Assembly (NCBI GenBank): GCA_041694995.1
Contig: JBGFRS010000056.1
Location: 34,498 to 98,497 of the forward strand
Direction: 5' to 3'
DNA length: 64,000 nt
From: Pseudomonadota bacterium
GTDB lineage: Bacteria > Pseudomonadota > Alphaproteobacteria > Rhizobiales > UBA4765
Shown here one piece after another: positions 19,301-28,595 of this stretch. Under the pieces are notes generated by a model, which ran no database searches, was not told where the DNA came from, and was given only the letters and a program-made list of their open reading frames with translations. The stretch's first letter is position 1. Each line of letters begins with the position of its first letter. The position numbers were made by a program, and so were the translations under genes.

Positions 19301-20401
19301 ATGCAGGATCGCTTCACCCGCGTCATCGTCGTCATCTTGATTGCTGTGCTCGCTGCCGTTGCGGCCGAACCTTACGTGCGCCACTTCTTCTTGGCGGCGG
19401 ACACACCGCGGACCATTGCACCGCGAGCTGATCTCGCCAGTTCCGAGCGCGCGACCATCGAGCTGTTCCGCCAAGTGTCGCCGTCCGTCGTGCACGTTTT
19501 TGCAGAACCGCGGGGGCGGCGGTTCGCACCGCAAGACGGCGAGGAGGGATCTCAGTCGGGCACGGGCTTCATCTGGGATGCCGCCGGGCACGTCGTGACC
19601 AATGCACACGTCATTCAAGGGGCCGGCGCGATCCGTATCCGGCTGGCCTCAGGAGACATCGTGCCGGCAACAGTGGTCGGTCGCGCCCCCGGCTACGATC
19701 TGGCCGTTCTGCGCCTTGGCCGCACGGCAAATCTGCCGCCGCCGATCGCTGTCGGCACCTCGGGTGATTTGCAGGTCGGGCAATCTGTTTTCGCCATCGG
19801 CAATCCCTTCGGCCTCGACCAGACGCTGACCACGGGCGTCATCTCGGCACTGCGCCGCCGCCTTCCAACCGACGACGGTCGAGAGATCGCCGACGTGATC
19901 CAGACCGATGCCGCCATCAACCCTGGCAATTCTGGCGGTCCGCTACTCGATTCGAGCGGCCGTCTGATTGGCGTCAATACGGCGATCTATTCGCCGTCCG
20001 GCGCGTCGGCGGGCATCGGCTTTTCGGTTCCCGTCGATGCCGTCAACCGCGTCGTGCCGCAGCTCATTCGTAACGGCCGCATGCCGGTCGCTGGCATCGG
20101 GGTCCTGATCGGTGACGAGGCAACGGCCGCGCGGATGGGCATCGAGGGGCTTGTGATCGTTCGGACGATGCGGGGCTCTCCTGCCGAACGTGCCGGATTG
20201 CGCGGCGTCGATCCTGCCACCGGCGAGCTGGGGGACGTGATCGTCGCTGCCGGTGGGCAGCCCGTGCGGCGACTTGCCGATCTCACGGCTGTTCTCGAGC
20301 GCGCAGGCGTGGGTAATACCGTGTCGCTTACGGTTCAGCGCAACGGCAGACGTGTGAATGTCGCCGTCACCGTGGTTGATGTGTCGGCGCAGCGTTCCTG
20401 A
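19301..20401 (+). CDS. Trypsin-like serine protease with PDZ domain (DegP/HtrA/DegS-like)
   Basis: N-terminal TM anchor, catalytic motifs TNAHV and GNSGGPLLD, and a C-terminal PDZ-like region. Start set at the ATG at 19301. Confidence 0.85.
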   Translation: MQDRFTRVIVVILIAVLAAVAAEPYVRHFFLAADTPRTIAPRADLASSERATIELFRQVSPSVVHVFAEPRGRRFAPQDGEEGSQSGTGFIWDAAGHVVTNAHVIQGAGAIRIRLASGDIVPATVVGRAPGYDLAVLRLGRTANLPPPIAVGTSGDLQVGQSVFAIGNPFGLDQTLTTGVISALRRRLPTDDGREIADVIQTDAAINPGNSGGPLLDSSGRLIGVNTAIYSPSGASAGIGFSVPVDAVNRVVPQLIRNGRMPVAGIGVLIGDEATAARMGIEGLVIVRTMRGSPAERAGLRGVDPATGELGDVIVAAGGQPVRRLADLTAVLERAGVGNTVSLTVQRNGRRVNVAVTVVDVSAQRS

Positions 20402-20422
20402 CGGCTGGCGGCATGACGCAGA

Positions 20423-20884
20423 TTACGCCGATATCCGCGGCACGACCTTGAGAACGGAACCGTCGACACCGACGACTTCGATCTCCGTTCCTGCTGGGCA
20501 ATCAGGACCCGCGATCCGCCAGACGGTGTCGTCCATCTTGACGCGTCCGGCACCCGATACGATCGGTTCGGACAAGATGAACCGCCGACCGACATGACGC
20601 TGGGCTCGGTCATTGAGGGTGGCATCGCCCACGGGTTCATTCAGCTGGCGCCGGTATGTCCACCAGGCCCACAGGCTTGTCGCTGACAAGAGCCCGAAGA
20701 GCGCGATCTGAACCTGCCATGGCAATCCGATGCCAAGCGCAATCATCCCCGTCGCGATCGCGGCCAGACCAAACCAAAGGAAGATTGTTCCTGGGGCGAT
20801 GAGCTCAATTGCCATCAGCGCGAACCCGGCAACAAGCCACGTCCACGCTCCAAGAGAGAGAAAAACGGAGTTCGACACATCCAT
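20423..20884 (-). CDS. NfeD-family membrane protein
   Basis: Three hydrophobic segments followed by a C-terminal OB-like tail GRVKMDDTVWRIAG. Lies 4 nt downstream of the SPFH gene. Confidence 0.75.
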   Translation of the reverse strand: MDVSNSVFLSLGAWTWLVAGFALMAIELIAPGTIFLWFGLAAIATGMIALGIGLPWQVQIALFGLLSATSLWAWWTYRRQLNEPVGDATLNDRAQRHVGRRFILSEPIVSGAGRVKMDDTVWRIAGPDCPAGTEIEVVGVDGSVLKVVPRISA

Positions 20885-20888
20885 CGTG

Positions 20889-21878
20889 CTACGTGCTCCC
20901 GCTCCCTGTCCAGGGCCCCGCCGGCCGCGGTGAGGCTGGAGGCGGCGATTCAGTACCACTCCTCCCAAAGGCTTCCTTGGCGATCTCGCCGATGCCGGCG
21001 AGGGAGCCGAGGACCGCCGTCGCTTCCATCGGCAAGATCATGAGTTTTTGGTTGGGTGAGCCAGAGAATTTTTCGAAGGCTTTCACGTATTTATCGGCAA
21101 CAAAGTAATTCAAAGCGGCCACAGACCCGCGGGATACCGCGTCCGACACCATTTGCGTCGCTTTTGCTTCGGCCTCGGCGGAGCGCTCGCGCGCCTCAGC
21201 ATCCCGGAAGGCGGCCTCCTTCCGCCCTTCCGCTTGCAGGATCAACGACTGCTTCTCGCCCTCCGCGCGCAGGATTTCAGAGGCGCGCATACCCTCTGCT
21301 TCGAGAATCGCTGCGCGCTTTTCACGTTCCGCCTTCATCTGGCGGGCCATAGCGTCAACCAAGTCGCGTGGTGGGACGATGTCCTTGATCTCGATGCGCA
21401 AGACCTTCACGCCCCAAGGCGCGACCGCAGCGTCGACGACCCGCAGGAGCCGCTCGTTGATCTCGTCGCGGTGCGACAGGAGCATGTCGAGGTCCATGGC
21501 GCCCATCACTGTGCGCACGTTTGTCATGGTCAGATTCAAAATCGCGTGCTGGAGATTCTGTACCTCATACGAGGCCTTCGCAGCGTCCGTGACTTGAAAG
21601 AAATTGATCCCATCGACTGTAACTGTCGCATTATCTTTTGTAATAACCTCTTGCGATGGAACATCCAGAACCTGCTCCATCATCGAAACTTTATGACCGA
21701 CCCGATCAACGTAAGGAATGATCAGATTAAGTCCTGGCGTAAGAGTTCGCGTGTACTTTCCAAACCGCTCGACTGTCCAGTGAAAGCCTTGCGGCACCGT
21801 CTTGACGCCAGCAACAATGGTCAGAACGACCAAGCCGACGATGACGAGAATAAAGATGTCGAATCCCCCGAGAGGCAT
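20889..21878 (-). CDS. SPFH/band-7 (stomatin-like) protein
   Basis: The start at 21878 gives an N-terminal TM followed by [31 protein letters not shown], typical of stomatin/QmcA-like proteins. Coiled-coil Ala/Glu-rich C-terminus. Confidence 0.85.
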   Translation of the reverse strand: MPLGGFDIFILVIVGLVVLTIVAGVKTVPQGFHWTVERFGKYTRTLTPGLNLIIPYVDRVGHKVSMMEQVLDVPSQEVITKDNATVTVDGINFFQVTDAAKASYEVQNLQHAILNLTMTNVRTVMGAMDLDMLLSHRDEINERLLRVVDAAVAPWGVKVLRIEIKDIVPPRDLVDAMARQMKAEREKRAAILEAEGMRASEILRAEGEKQSLILQAEGRKEAAFRDAEARERSAEAEAKATQMVSDAVSRGSVAALNYFVADKYVKAFEKFSGSPNQKLMILPMEATAVLGSLAGIGEIAKEAFGRSGTESPPPASPRPAGPWTGSGST

Positions 21879-22078
21879 GCCCCTCCTCCTTCGGTATACG
21901 CGGACGACGCACGGCGCCGATACGACCGACCCCGCGTTCAATCACGACGATGGATCGTGTCGGTAATGAGACGCAAGCCTCCTCAGTCGGCATATTGGTC
22001 GTACTGATAACGGATCGTTAACCATGACGGCAGAGGTTCGGCGCGTGGGTGGGACGCCATCAAGAAGGGTCGATCACT

Positions 22079-22756
22079 ATGAACTGCATCGTCTTCGCGG
22101 CGCGTAAGGGCGGCACGGGCAAATCAACTCTCGCGGCGAATCTCGCGGCGCATGTGGCGCGACCTTCGCGTCCGACATTGCTCATCGATTCGGACCCCCA
22201 GGGCTCGCTTGCGTTCTGGCACCAGTTACGCGGCGACGACATGTTGGCTTTGCGCAACAACCCACGCAATGTCGCCGAGGCGCTCAAGAAGGCCAAGGCG
22301 GAAGGCTTCGAGTGGGCGTTCGTTGACACCGCTCCGATTCGTTCGTCGGCAATTGCCGAGACGATCCGCGCCGCGACGCTGGTTATCATCCCAACGCGTC
22401 CGTCAGTGTTCGATGTCGTGGCCGTCGAAGAGACGATCGCCATCTGCCGAGCCTGCCGCAAGCCCTATGCCGTGGTGATCAACGGTGCACCACCCAAACG
22501 GGGAGACTACGAGTCACTCATCGTGACGGACATGCGCGGACGGCTTGCCAAGAACCGCGTGCCGGTTTGGGCGGGGCAGATCACGCAGCGGTCGACCTTT
22601 TCCCTCTCGGCCGGCGAGGGACGTTCGGCGAGGGAACTCGATGCCGATGGTGCGGCAGCCGCCGAGATCGCCGCGCTGTGGGCAGCCGTGTCACGCTCGA
22701 TCGGCGCTATCACAGGTGCGATCGAGGCGAAGACCGCCATGCACAAGGCGGCCTAA
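22079..22756 (+). CDS. ParA/MinD-family ATPase (small orphan ParA)
   Basis: Deviant Walker A ARKGGTGKSTLAANLA, followed by LLIDSDPQGS and FVDTAP motifs. No ParB-like gene is adjacent. Confidence 0.8.
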   Translation: MNCIVFAARKGGTGKSTLAANLAAHVARPSRPTLLIDSDPQGSLAFWHQLRGDDMLALRNNPRNVAEALKKAKAEGFEWAFVDTAPIRSSAIAETIRAATLVIIPTRPSVFDVVAVEETIAICRACRKPYAVVINGAPPKRGDYESLIVTDMRGRLAKNRVPVWAGQITQRSTFSLSAGEGRSARELDADGAAAAEIAALWAAVSRSIGAITGAIEAKTAMHKAA

Positions 22757-22759
22757 CTG

Positions 22760-23821
22760 TCAGATCCATCCCTTCAATTCGCGTTCGACAATATGGCGGA
22801 TCACCGCCATGCCGAGATCGGAATCGTTGAGGCAGGGAACGTAGGTGAAGCGTTCCCCGCCATTGTTCTCGAAAATATGCCGGTTCTCCCCGTCAAGCTC
22901 TTCGAGGGTCTCGAGGCAATCGGCTGCAAATCCAGGGGCCACGATCGCGAGGCGCTTCGTTCCCGCTTTCGCGAGCTCTTCGACGGTTTCGTCGGTATAC
23001 GGTTTCAGCCACTCCTCCGGGCCGAAGCGCGACTGGAACGAATATCGGAACCCTTCTTCAGGCCAGCCGAGAGCGTTCCGCAGGAGTCGCGAGGACTTGA
23101 CGCATTGGCAATGATAGGGGTCGCCTTTGAGAAGGTAGCGCTTCGGCACGCCGTGCCAGGACACGAGCAAGACCTCCGGCGTCCAGTCGAGGGTCGCCAA
23201 ATGGGCCCGGATCGAAGCCGCGATTGCGTCGATGTAGACGGGGTCGTCATGCCAGGGGGGCGCGGTCCGCACTGCCGGCTGCCATTCCATGGCCATGAGG
23301 TGACGAAATGCCTGATCGCAGGCCGTCGCTGTCGTTGCCCCGGCGTATTGGGGGTACAGAGGGACCAGGAGGATGCGGTCACACCCCGCGTCCTGCAGCT
23401 TTTGGATTGCCGGCCCAGTTGCCGGATTGCCGTAGCGCATCGCAAAGTCCACCAAAATCCGCGGCTCTCGCGCGCGCAACGTGGTGGCAAGCTTTTCAGC
23501 CTGGCTGCGCGTGATGGTCAGAAGCGGGCCTTCGTTGCGGTCCTTGTTCCAGATCGTCTCGTAATCCTTGCCCTTCCGGCTCGGACGCGTGCTCAGGACG
23601 ATGCCCTGCAGAATGGGCTGCCAAGCCCAAGCCGGCCAGTCGATCACCCGCTTGTCCGAGAGGAATTCCGACAGATAGCGCCGCATCGACCAGTAGTCGG
23701 TGCCATCGGGCGTGCCGAGGTTGAGCAGCAGCACGCCGATGCGGCCCGTGTGCACGCGGGGGTGCTCGGACGGCAACGTCTCAGGCACATAGTCCCTCGG
23801 GGCAGCGACGTATTGGTTCAT
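22760..23821 (-). CDS. hemH: Ferrochelatase
   Basis: 353 aa ORF with the motifs GVLLLNLGTPD, PLYPQY and SWHGVP. Confidence 0.9.
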   Translation of the reverse strand: MNQYVAAPRDYVPETLPSEHPRVHTGRIGVLLLNLGTPDGTDYWSMRRYLSEFLSDKRVIDWPAWAWQPILQGIVLSTRPSRKGKDYETIWNKDRNEGPLLTITRSQAEKLATTLRAREPRILVDFAMRYGNPATGPAIQKLQDAGCDRILLVPLYPQYAGATTATACDQAFRHLMAMEWQPAVRTAPPWHDDPVYIDAIAASIRAHLATLDWTPEVLLVSWHGVPKRYLLKGDPYHCQCVKSSRLLRNALGWPEEGFRYSFQSRFGPEEWLKPYTDETVEELAKAGTKRLAIVAPGFAADCLETLEELDGENRHIFENNGGERFTYVPCLNDSDLGMAVIRHIVERELKGWI

Positions 23822-24029
23822 GGAAGCCAGATCCTATCCAAACGAGCCAGGCCGGCCATTCTCGAGCCGTCTGGAGGCGTTACGCGAAACGTATCAAGGC
23901 GGACCAGTCGGCGCCACCAGTGTCGCCGGATCGTGCTTGGCGGTACCGGCGCTCGACCGATTGACGCTCGTTCGTGATCGTGCCGTCATAGTGGCGCGCT
24001 AACAGCAAGCGCTGCGTGGAGAGCGTACC

Positions 24030-25562
24030 ATGATCATTCTGACGCGCCGGTTGTTCGGTGGGCTCGTCGCGGGCGCCGCCGCCTCTTTCGTCACAACGTC
24101 CGAAGCCTCCGCACAGGCGCCGCTGCAGTCGCCGGCCGAGCGCATCACGCTCGTGCTCACCAATGACCTCGACCGCATGGGGGCGGACGCCGGGCGCGGC
24201 GGGCATCCAAAACTCGCGGCGGTGGTGCGGGCTGAGCGCGCGAAGGGCAACACGCTCTTCATCCACGCCGGTGACGCCTATTCGCCGTCCATCCTGGCTG
24301 GTTTCGATCGCGGCGCGCACATCGTCGAACTGCTAAACGCCATCCGGCCGGACGCCTTCGCGCCAGGCAATCACGAGTTCGACTTCGGGCCGGTCGAATT
24401 CCGCGCGCGCGTGTCGGAATCTCGTTTCCCTGTGCTGGCCGGTAATGTGCGCGAGCGCGACGGTTCGCCGGTGCGAGGCACGACCGACACGACCGTGCTC
24501 GAGGTCGCGGGCTACAAGATCGGATTGTTCGGGCTGACGACCGAAACGACCCCGTCCGTGTCGAGCCCGGGTGACATCCGCTTCCTGCCTTTCCTCGAGC
24601 GCGCGCGGGAGATGGCGGCGGCTCTGCGCCGCGACGGCGCCGACCTCGTCGTCGCAATTGCCCACATCGGGCTCGACCAGGACATGCGGCTCCTCGATTC
24701 CCGCGTCGCCGACGTAATTCTGTCTGGGCACGACCACCATCTGTTGAGCTTCTACGACCGGCGCACAGTGCTGGTCGAATCCTCCTCTCAGGCGGACTAC
24801 GTCACCTGTGTCGATCTGACCGTGCGCCGCGTGACGGCGGAGGGACGCACGCGCGTGGTCTGGACGCCGGACTTCCGCATCATCGATACGTTGAACATCG
24901 CGCCCGATCCAGAGGTCCAAGGGATCGTCGCGCGTCACGAGCAGATGCTCGACCGCGAGCTCAACGTGGCCGTCGGCACGACCACGACGCCTCTCGATTC
25001 CCGCCGCGCGACCGTCCGCTCACAAGAGGCCGCAATCGGTAACCTGATCGCCGACGCGATGCGAGAGGCGGTCGGTGCTGACGTTGCGATCACCAATGGC
25101 GGCGGAATCCGCGCCGACCGGCAATACCCGGCGGGCCACGTGCTGACACGCCGCGACCTTCTTTCCGAGATGCCTTTCGGCAACAAGACCGTGTTGATCG
25201 AGGTGACGGGAGCGGTCCTGCGTGCGGCGATCGAGCACGGTATATCCGGCATTGAACGCGGCGCAGGGCAGTTCCCGCAGGTGTCGGGTCTCGTTGTGGA
25301 GGCGAACCTGACGCGGCCCGCAGGGCAGCGCGTCACCTCGATTGCAGTGGGCGGCCGGCCCCTCGAGACGGAGCGTGTCTACAAGCTCGCGACCAATGAC
25401 TTCATGGCGCGAGGCGGCGACGGTTACGTCATGTTCGCGAGCGCGAGGCAGCTGATCGACTCGCTCGCGGGCCAGTACATGGCCGGCCAGGTCATCGGCC
25501 ACGTCGCTCGCGCTCGTGAGGTCAGTCCGCGGGTCGAGGGGCGCCTCGTTCTCTCCCGTTGA
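24030..25562 (+). CDS. Bifunctional metallophosphatase / 5'-nucleotidase (UshA-like), secreted
   Basis: Signal peptide ending SEASAQA. Metallophosphoesterase motifs GDAYSPS and GNHEFD, plus a C-terminal 5'-nucleotidase domain. Confidence 0.85.
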   Translation: MIILTRRLFGGLVAGAAASFVTTSEASAQAPLQSPAERITLVLTNDLDRMGADAGRGGHPKLAAVVRAERAKGNTLFIHAGDAYSPSILAGFDRGAHIVELLNAIRPDAFAPGNHEFDFGPVEFRARVSESRFPVLAGNVRERDGSPVRGTTDTTVLEVAGYKIGLFGLTTETTPSVSSPGDIRFLPFLERAREMAAALRRDGADLVVAIAHIGLDQDMRLLDSRVADVILSGHDHHLLSFYDRRTVLVESSSQADYVTCVDLTVRRVTAEGRTRVVWTPDFRIIDTLNIAPDPEVQGIVARHEQMLDRELNVAVGTTTTPLDSRRATVRSQEAAIGNLIADAMREAVGADVAITNGGGIRADRQYPAGHVLTRRDLLSEMPFGNKTVLIEVTGAVLRAAIEHGISGIERGAGQFPQVSGLVVEANLTRPAGQRVTSIAVGGRPLETERVYKLATNDFMARGGDGYVMFASARQLIDSLAGQYMAGQVIGHVARAREVSPRVEGRLVLSR

Positions 25563-25760
25563 TGGGCGCGCGCTGGATCAATCGCGAGCGATTGGTCAGG
25601 AACAGATCTTAGGTCTTGTCGAACAGGAGAAGGCCTGGTGGGATCGATCGGGCGCGACCTCGGCTTCGGCATGCGCTCGGCCACGTCGGTCCAGGCGATC
25701 GCATCCGTACACTTCATGTGTCTGCATGTGTCCGCACCATGCGATCACGCGAGCCAATAT

Positions 25761-25777
25761 ATGTTATAGTATAACAT
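25761..25777. promoter_or_regulatory. Zur box (perfect palindrome ATGTTATA-G-TATAACAT)
   Basis: The sequence matches the core of the established Zur operator ATGTTATAnTATAACAT. It lies in an AT-rich gap just upstream of a zinc-uptake-type operon. A possible TTGCCT-N17-TATATC promoter follows at 25782-25810. Confidence 0.6.
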
Positions 25778-25835
25778 TCGCTTGCCTTGCTGTGAACGTT
25801 ACATTATATCATCGAGTGATCAGCAGACACCTGGC

Positions 25836-25973
25836 ATGAGCAACACTCGTTCCCACGCACACCCGGCGCGACCGCCGTTTTCCTTGCTCCGGCTCTCAGC
25901 GGCGCAACGCCTCCTCGGCGCCATGCTGCTGCTCGCGCCCTTGTGGGCGGCCGTGCTTTGGATCGTGTGGTAG
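25836..25973 (+). CDS. Small hypothetical membrane protein (45 aa) leading the zinc-uptake operon
   Basis: ATG at 25836. Product MSNTRSHAHPARPP... with one hydrophobic helix LLGAMLLLAPLWAAVLWIVW. It ends 5 nt before the znuC-like start. Coding status is unproven. Confidence 0.35.
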   Translation: MSNTRSHAHPARPPFSLLRLSAAQRLLGAMLLLAPLWAAVLWIVW

Positions 25974-25978
25974 TTCCC

Positions 25979-26722
25979 ATGGCCGTTGGCGCCCTCCGCT
26001 TCCGGGATCTGACGCTTGGCTACGACCGGCATCCGGCCGTCCATCATCTCGATGGAGCGGTGGCGGCGGGCGCACTCCTCGCCGTCGTCGGGCCGAATGG
26101 CGCCGGCAAGTCCACTTTGCTCAAGGGCATCGCGGGCACCTTGTTGCCGCTCGGGGGGACCATCGATCGCGATGGCCTCGATCCGCGGCGCATTGCCTAT
26201 CTGCCGCAAGTGGCTGATCTCGATCGCAGCTTTCCCGTCACAGTTTATGACCTGGTCGCGATGGGACTTTGGCGGCGCTCAGGCCTCCTCGGCAGCATAG
26301 GCCGTCGTGATCGAGAGCAGATTGAGCACGCCATTGCAGCAGTCGGATTGACCGGCTTCGAGGTACGGACAATCGGCTCCCTCTCCGGCGGGCAATTGCA
26401 GCGCGTTCTGTTTGCTCGACTGATCTTGCAGGATGCGTCAATCATCTTGCTGGACGAGCCGTTCACGGCGATCGATGCGAAGACGACCGCAGATCTCCTT
26501 GCAATCGTCCACCGATGGCATGGTGAGAAGCGGACGATCGTGGCCGTGCTGCACGATCTCGATGTGGTGCGCTCCCATTTCTCCGAGACGCTCCTGATTG
26601 CACGGAAACCTGTGGCGTGGGGGCGAACCGCCGACGTGCTGACGGCGGAGAACCTGTTCAAGGCTCGACGCATGATTGAGGCACCAGACCCGCACGCTGT
26701 TGCGTGCGAGCATGCTGCTTGA
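25979..26722 (+). CDS. znuC: Metal (zinc/manganese-type) ABC transporter ATP-binding protein
   Basis: Walker A GPNGAGKSTLLK, signature LSGGQLQRV and Walker B IILLDEP. Lies in a Zur-box operon with a permease and a His-rich SBP. Confidence 0.85.
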   Translation: MAVGALRFRDLTLGYDRHPAVHHLDGAVAAGALLAVVGPNGAGKSTLLKGIAGTLLPLGGTIDRDGLDPRRIAYLPQVADLDRSFPVTVYDLVAMGLWRRSGLLGSIGRRDREQIEHAIAAVGLTGFEVRTIGSLSGGQLQRVLFARLILQDASIILLDEPFTAIDAKTTADLLAIVHRWHGEKRTIVAVLHDLDVVRSHFSETLLIARKPVAWGRTADVLTAENLFKARRMIEAPDPHAVACEHAA

Positions 26723-26761
26723 GCCTGCTTGCGCGGTGCTGCGCCGCCGGAGAAGCCACCC

Positions 26762-27631
26762 ATGGTGCATGCGACATTCATCGCTCCGTTCGTCGAGTTC
26801 GAATTCATGCGGCGTGCGCTCGTCGGTGTCTTGGCGCTGGCGCTTTCGGCCGCACCTGTCGGTATCTTCCTGATGCTGCGACGCATGTCGCTCACCGGTG
26901 ATGCGATGGCGCATGCGATCCTGCCGGGCGTCGCGGTCGGATACCTTGTTGCAGGCTTCTCGATCTCGGCGATGACACTCGGTGGTCTCGTAGCGGGGCT
27001 CGTCGTTGCCGTTCTCGCAGGCCTCGTCGCGCGTGTAACGGCGCTGAAGGAGGACGCGACGCTGGCAGCCTTCTATCTTCTTTCGCTTGCGCTTGGCGTC
27101 ATTCTCGTGTCCGTGCGGGGCTCGAATGTTGATCTCCTGCACGTCCTCTTCGGCAACGTTCTTGCGATCGATGACAGCGCCCTCGTACTTCTCGCCGGTA
27201 TCGCTACGGTTACGCTCACGACGCTCGCGCTGATCTTCCGGCCGCTTGTGCTCGACACCGTCGATGCCGGCTTTCTCGCCTCGGTCAGCCGTTCCGGAGG
27301 CGTCGCTCACATCGTGTTTCTCGGACTCGTGGTCGTCAATCTTGTCGGCGCGTTCCAGGCGCTCGGCACCTTGCTCGGCGTGGGCATCATGATCTTGCCG
27401 GCGGTTTCGGCGCGGTTCTGGTCATCCGACATCAACGTCATGCTGCCGGTGGCCCTGCTGTTCGCCATCACGGGTGCATTGTGTGGCCTGCTTGTTTCAT
27501 ACCATGCGGACGTCACCACCGGACCGGCGATCATCCTGTGTTTGGGCGCAATCACGCTTGTCTCGCTCCTCGTGGGCCGCGCCGGTGGGCTTGTCTGGAA
27601 GCTCGTCCCGCGCCGCCACCTCGAAGCCTGA
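26762..27631 (+). CDS. znuB: Metal ABC transporter permease (ZnuB/AztB-like)
   Basis: About 290 aa multi-TM ABC-3 family permease. The start is the ATG at 26762 or 26729. Confidence 0.85.
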   Translation: MVHATFIAPFVEFEFMRRALVGVLALALSAAPVGIFLMLRRMSLTGDAMAHAILPGVAVGYLVAGFSISAMTLGGLVAGLVVAVLAGLVARVTALKEDATLAAFYLLSLALGVILVSVRGSNVDLLHVLFGNVLAIDDSALVLLAGIATVTLTTLALIFRPLVLDTVDAGFLASVSRSGGVAHIVFLGLVVVNLVGAFQALGTLLGVGIMILPAVSARFWSSDINVMLPVALLFAITGALCGLLVSYHADVTTGPAIILCLGAITLVSLLVGRAGGLVWKLVPRRHLEA

Positions 27632-27648
27632 TGTCATTGGAGGAACTC

Positions 27649-28581
27649 ATGATCGACCGCCGCCGTCTCCTCGTCGCAGTTGGTTCAGCGACGTTCGTAG
27701 TGACGCTTGGCTCGCGCGCAACCGCGCAGGGCACGAAACTGCCTGTTGTCGCCACGTTCTCGATTCTGGGCGACCTCGTCGCGAACGTCGGCGGAGACCG
27801 TATTGCGCTGACGACGCTCGTTGGCCCCGACGAGGACTCGCATGTCTATCAACCCAAGCCGTCCGATGGCCGAGCGCTTGTAGCCGCGCGTGTGGTCGTC
27901 ATGAACGGCCTCGCCTTCGAGGGCTGGATGCGCCGATTGGTGCGCGCGTCAGGCACCCGCGCGACGATCGTGGAAGCGACGGCCGGCATCGAGCGCATCC
28001 GCTCAGCGGCTGGTCATAGTCACGGCCACTCGCATGGTCACGCACACGGCGAGTGGGATCCGCACGCCTGGCAGTCAGTGGCGGCCGTGAAGCGCTATGT
28101 GCAGAATATCCGCGACGCGCTGATAGCAGCCGACGACGCGGGCCGACCCATCTATGAGACGAACGCCGCCAGCTACACGCGGCGTCTTGATGAGGTCGAT
28201 GCAGAAGTTCGCGCCATCATTGGCAGAATCCCGGAGACCGATCGGAAGGCGATCACAACACACGATGCCTTCGCTTATTTCGAACGTGATTACGGCTTCG
28301 ACTTTATTCCGGCGCAAGGCGTATCGACCGACGCCGAACCAACGGCGCAGCAGATTGCTCGCCTTATCCGCCAGATTCGCGCGCAAGGCGTGAAGGCCGT
28401 GTTCGCGGAGAACATCACCAACCCGCGGCTCGTTGAGCGCATCGCCCGCGAGACCGGCGCGCGCATGGGTGGAACGCTTTATTCGGATGCCTTGTCTGAT
28501 GCGTCAGGGCCAGCGCCGACTTATATTGATTTGATGCGCCACAACGCGCGGACTGTCGCATCCGCCATCGTTACGGCGTGA
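27649..28581 (+). CDS. znuA: Metal ABC transporter substrate-binding protein with His-rich loop (ZnuA/AztC-like)
   Basis: GGAGGA RBS before the ATG at 27649 and an RRRLL signal. His-rich loop [20 protein letters not shown], typical of zinc-specific cluster A-I SBPs. Confidence 0.85.
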   Translation: MIDRRRLLVAVGSATFVVTLGSRATAQGTKLPVVATFSILGDLVANVGGDRIALTTLVGPDEDSHVYQPKPSDGRALVAARVVVMNGLAFEGWMRRLVRASGTRATIVEATAGIERIRSAAGHSHGHSHGHAHGEWDPHAWQSVAAVKRYVQNIRDALIAADDAGRPIYETNAASYTRRLDEVDAEVRAIIGRIPETDRKAITTHDAFAYFERDYGFDFIPAQGVSTDAEPTAQQIARLIRQIRAQGVKAVFAENITNPRLVERIARETGARMGGTLYSDALSDASGPAPTYIDLMRHNARTVASAIVTA

Positions 28582-28595
28582 CGCGGAGAACCGGT

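Noticed and set aside
19157-19618. N-terminal extensions of many track ORFs: opgD to 19618, dctM to 32392, nthB to 52541, RraA-like to 34939, SBP from 34879, znuA from 27481.
   Set aside because: Internal starts give canonical N-termini or signal peptides, have RBS-like sequences or ATGA/GTGA coupling, and remove overlaps with upstream genes.
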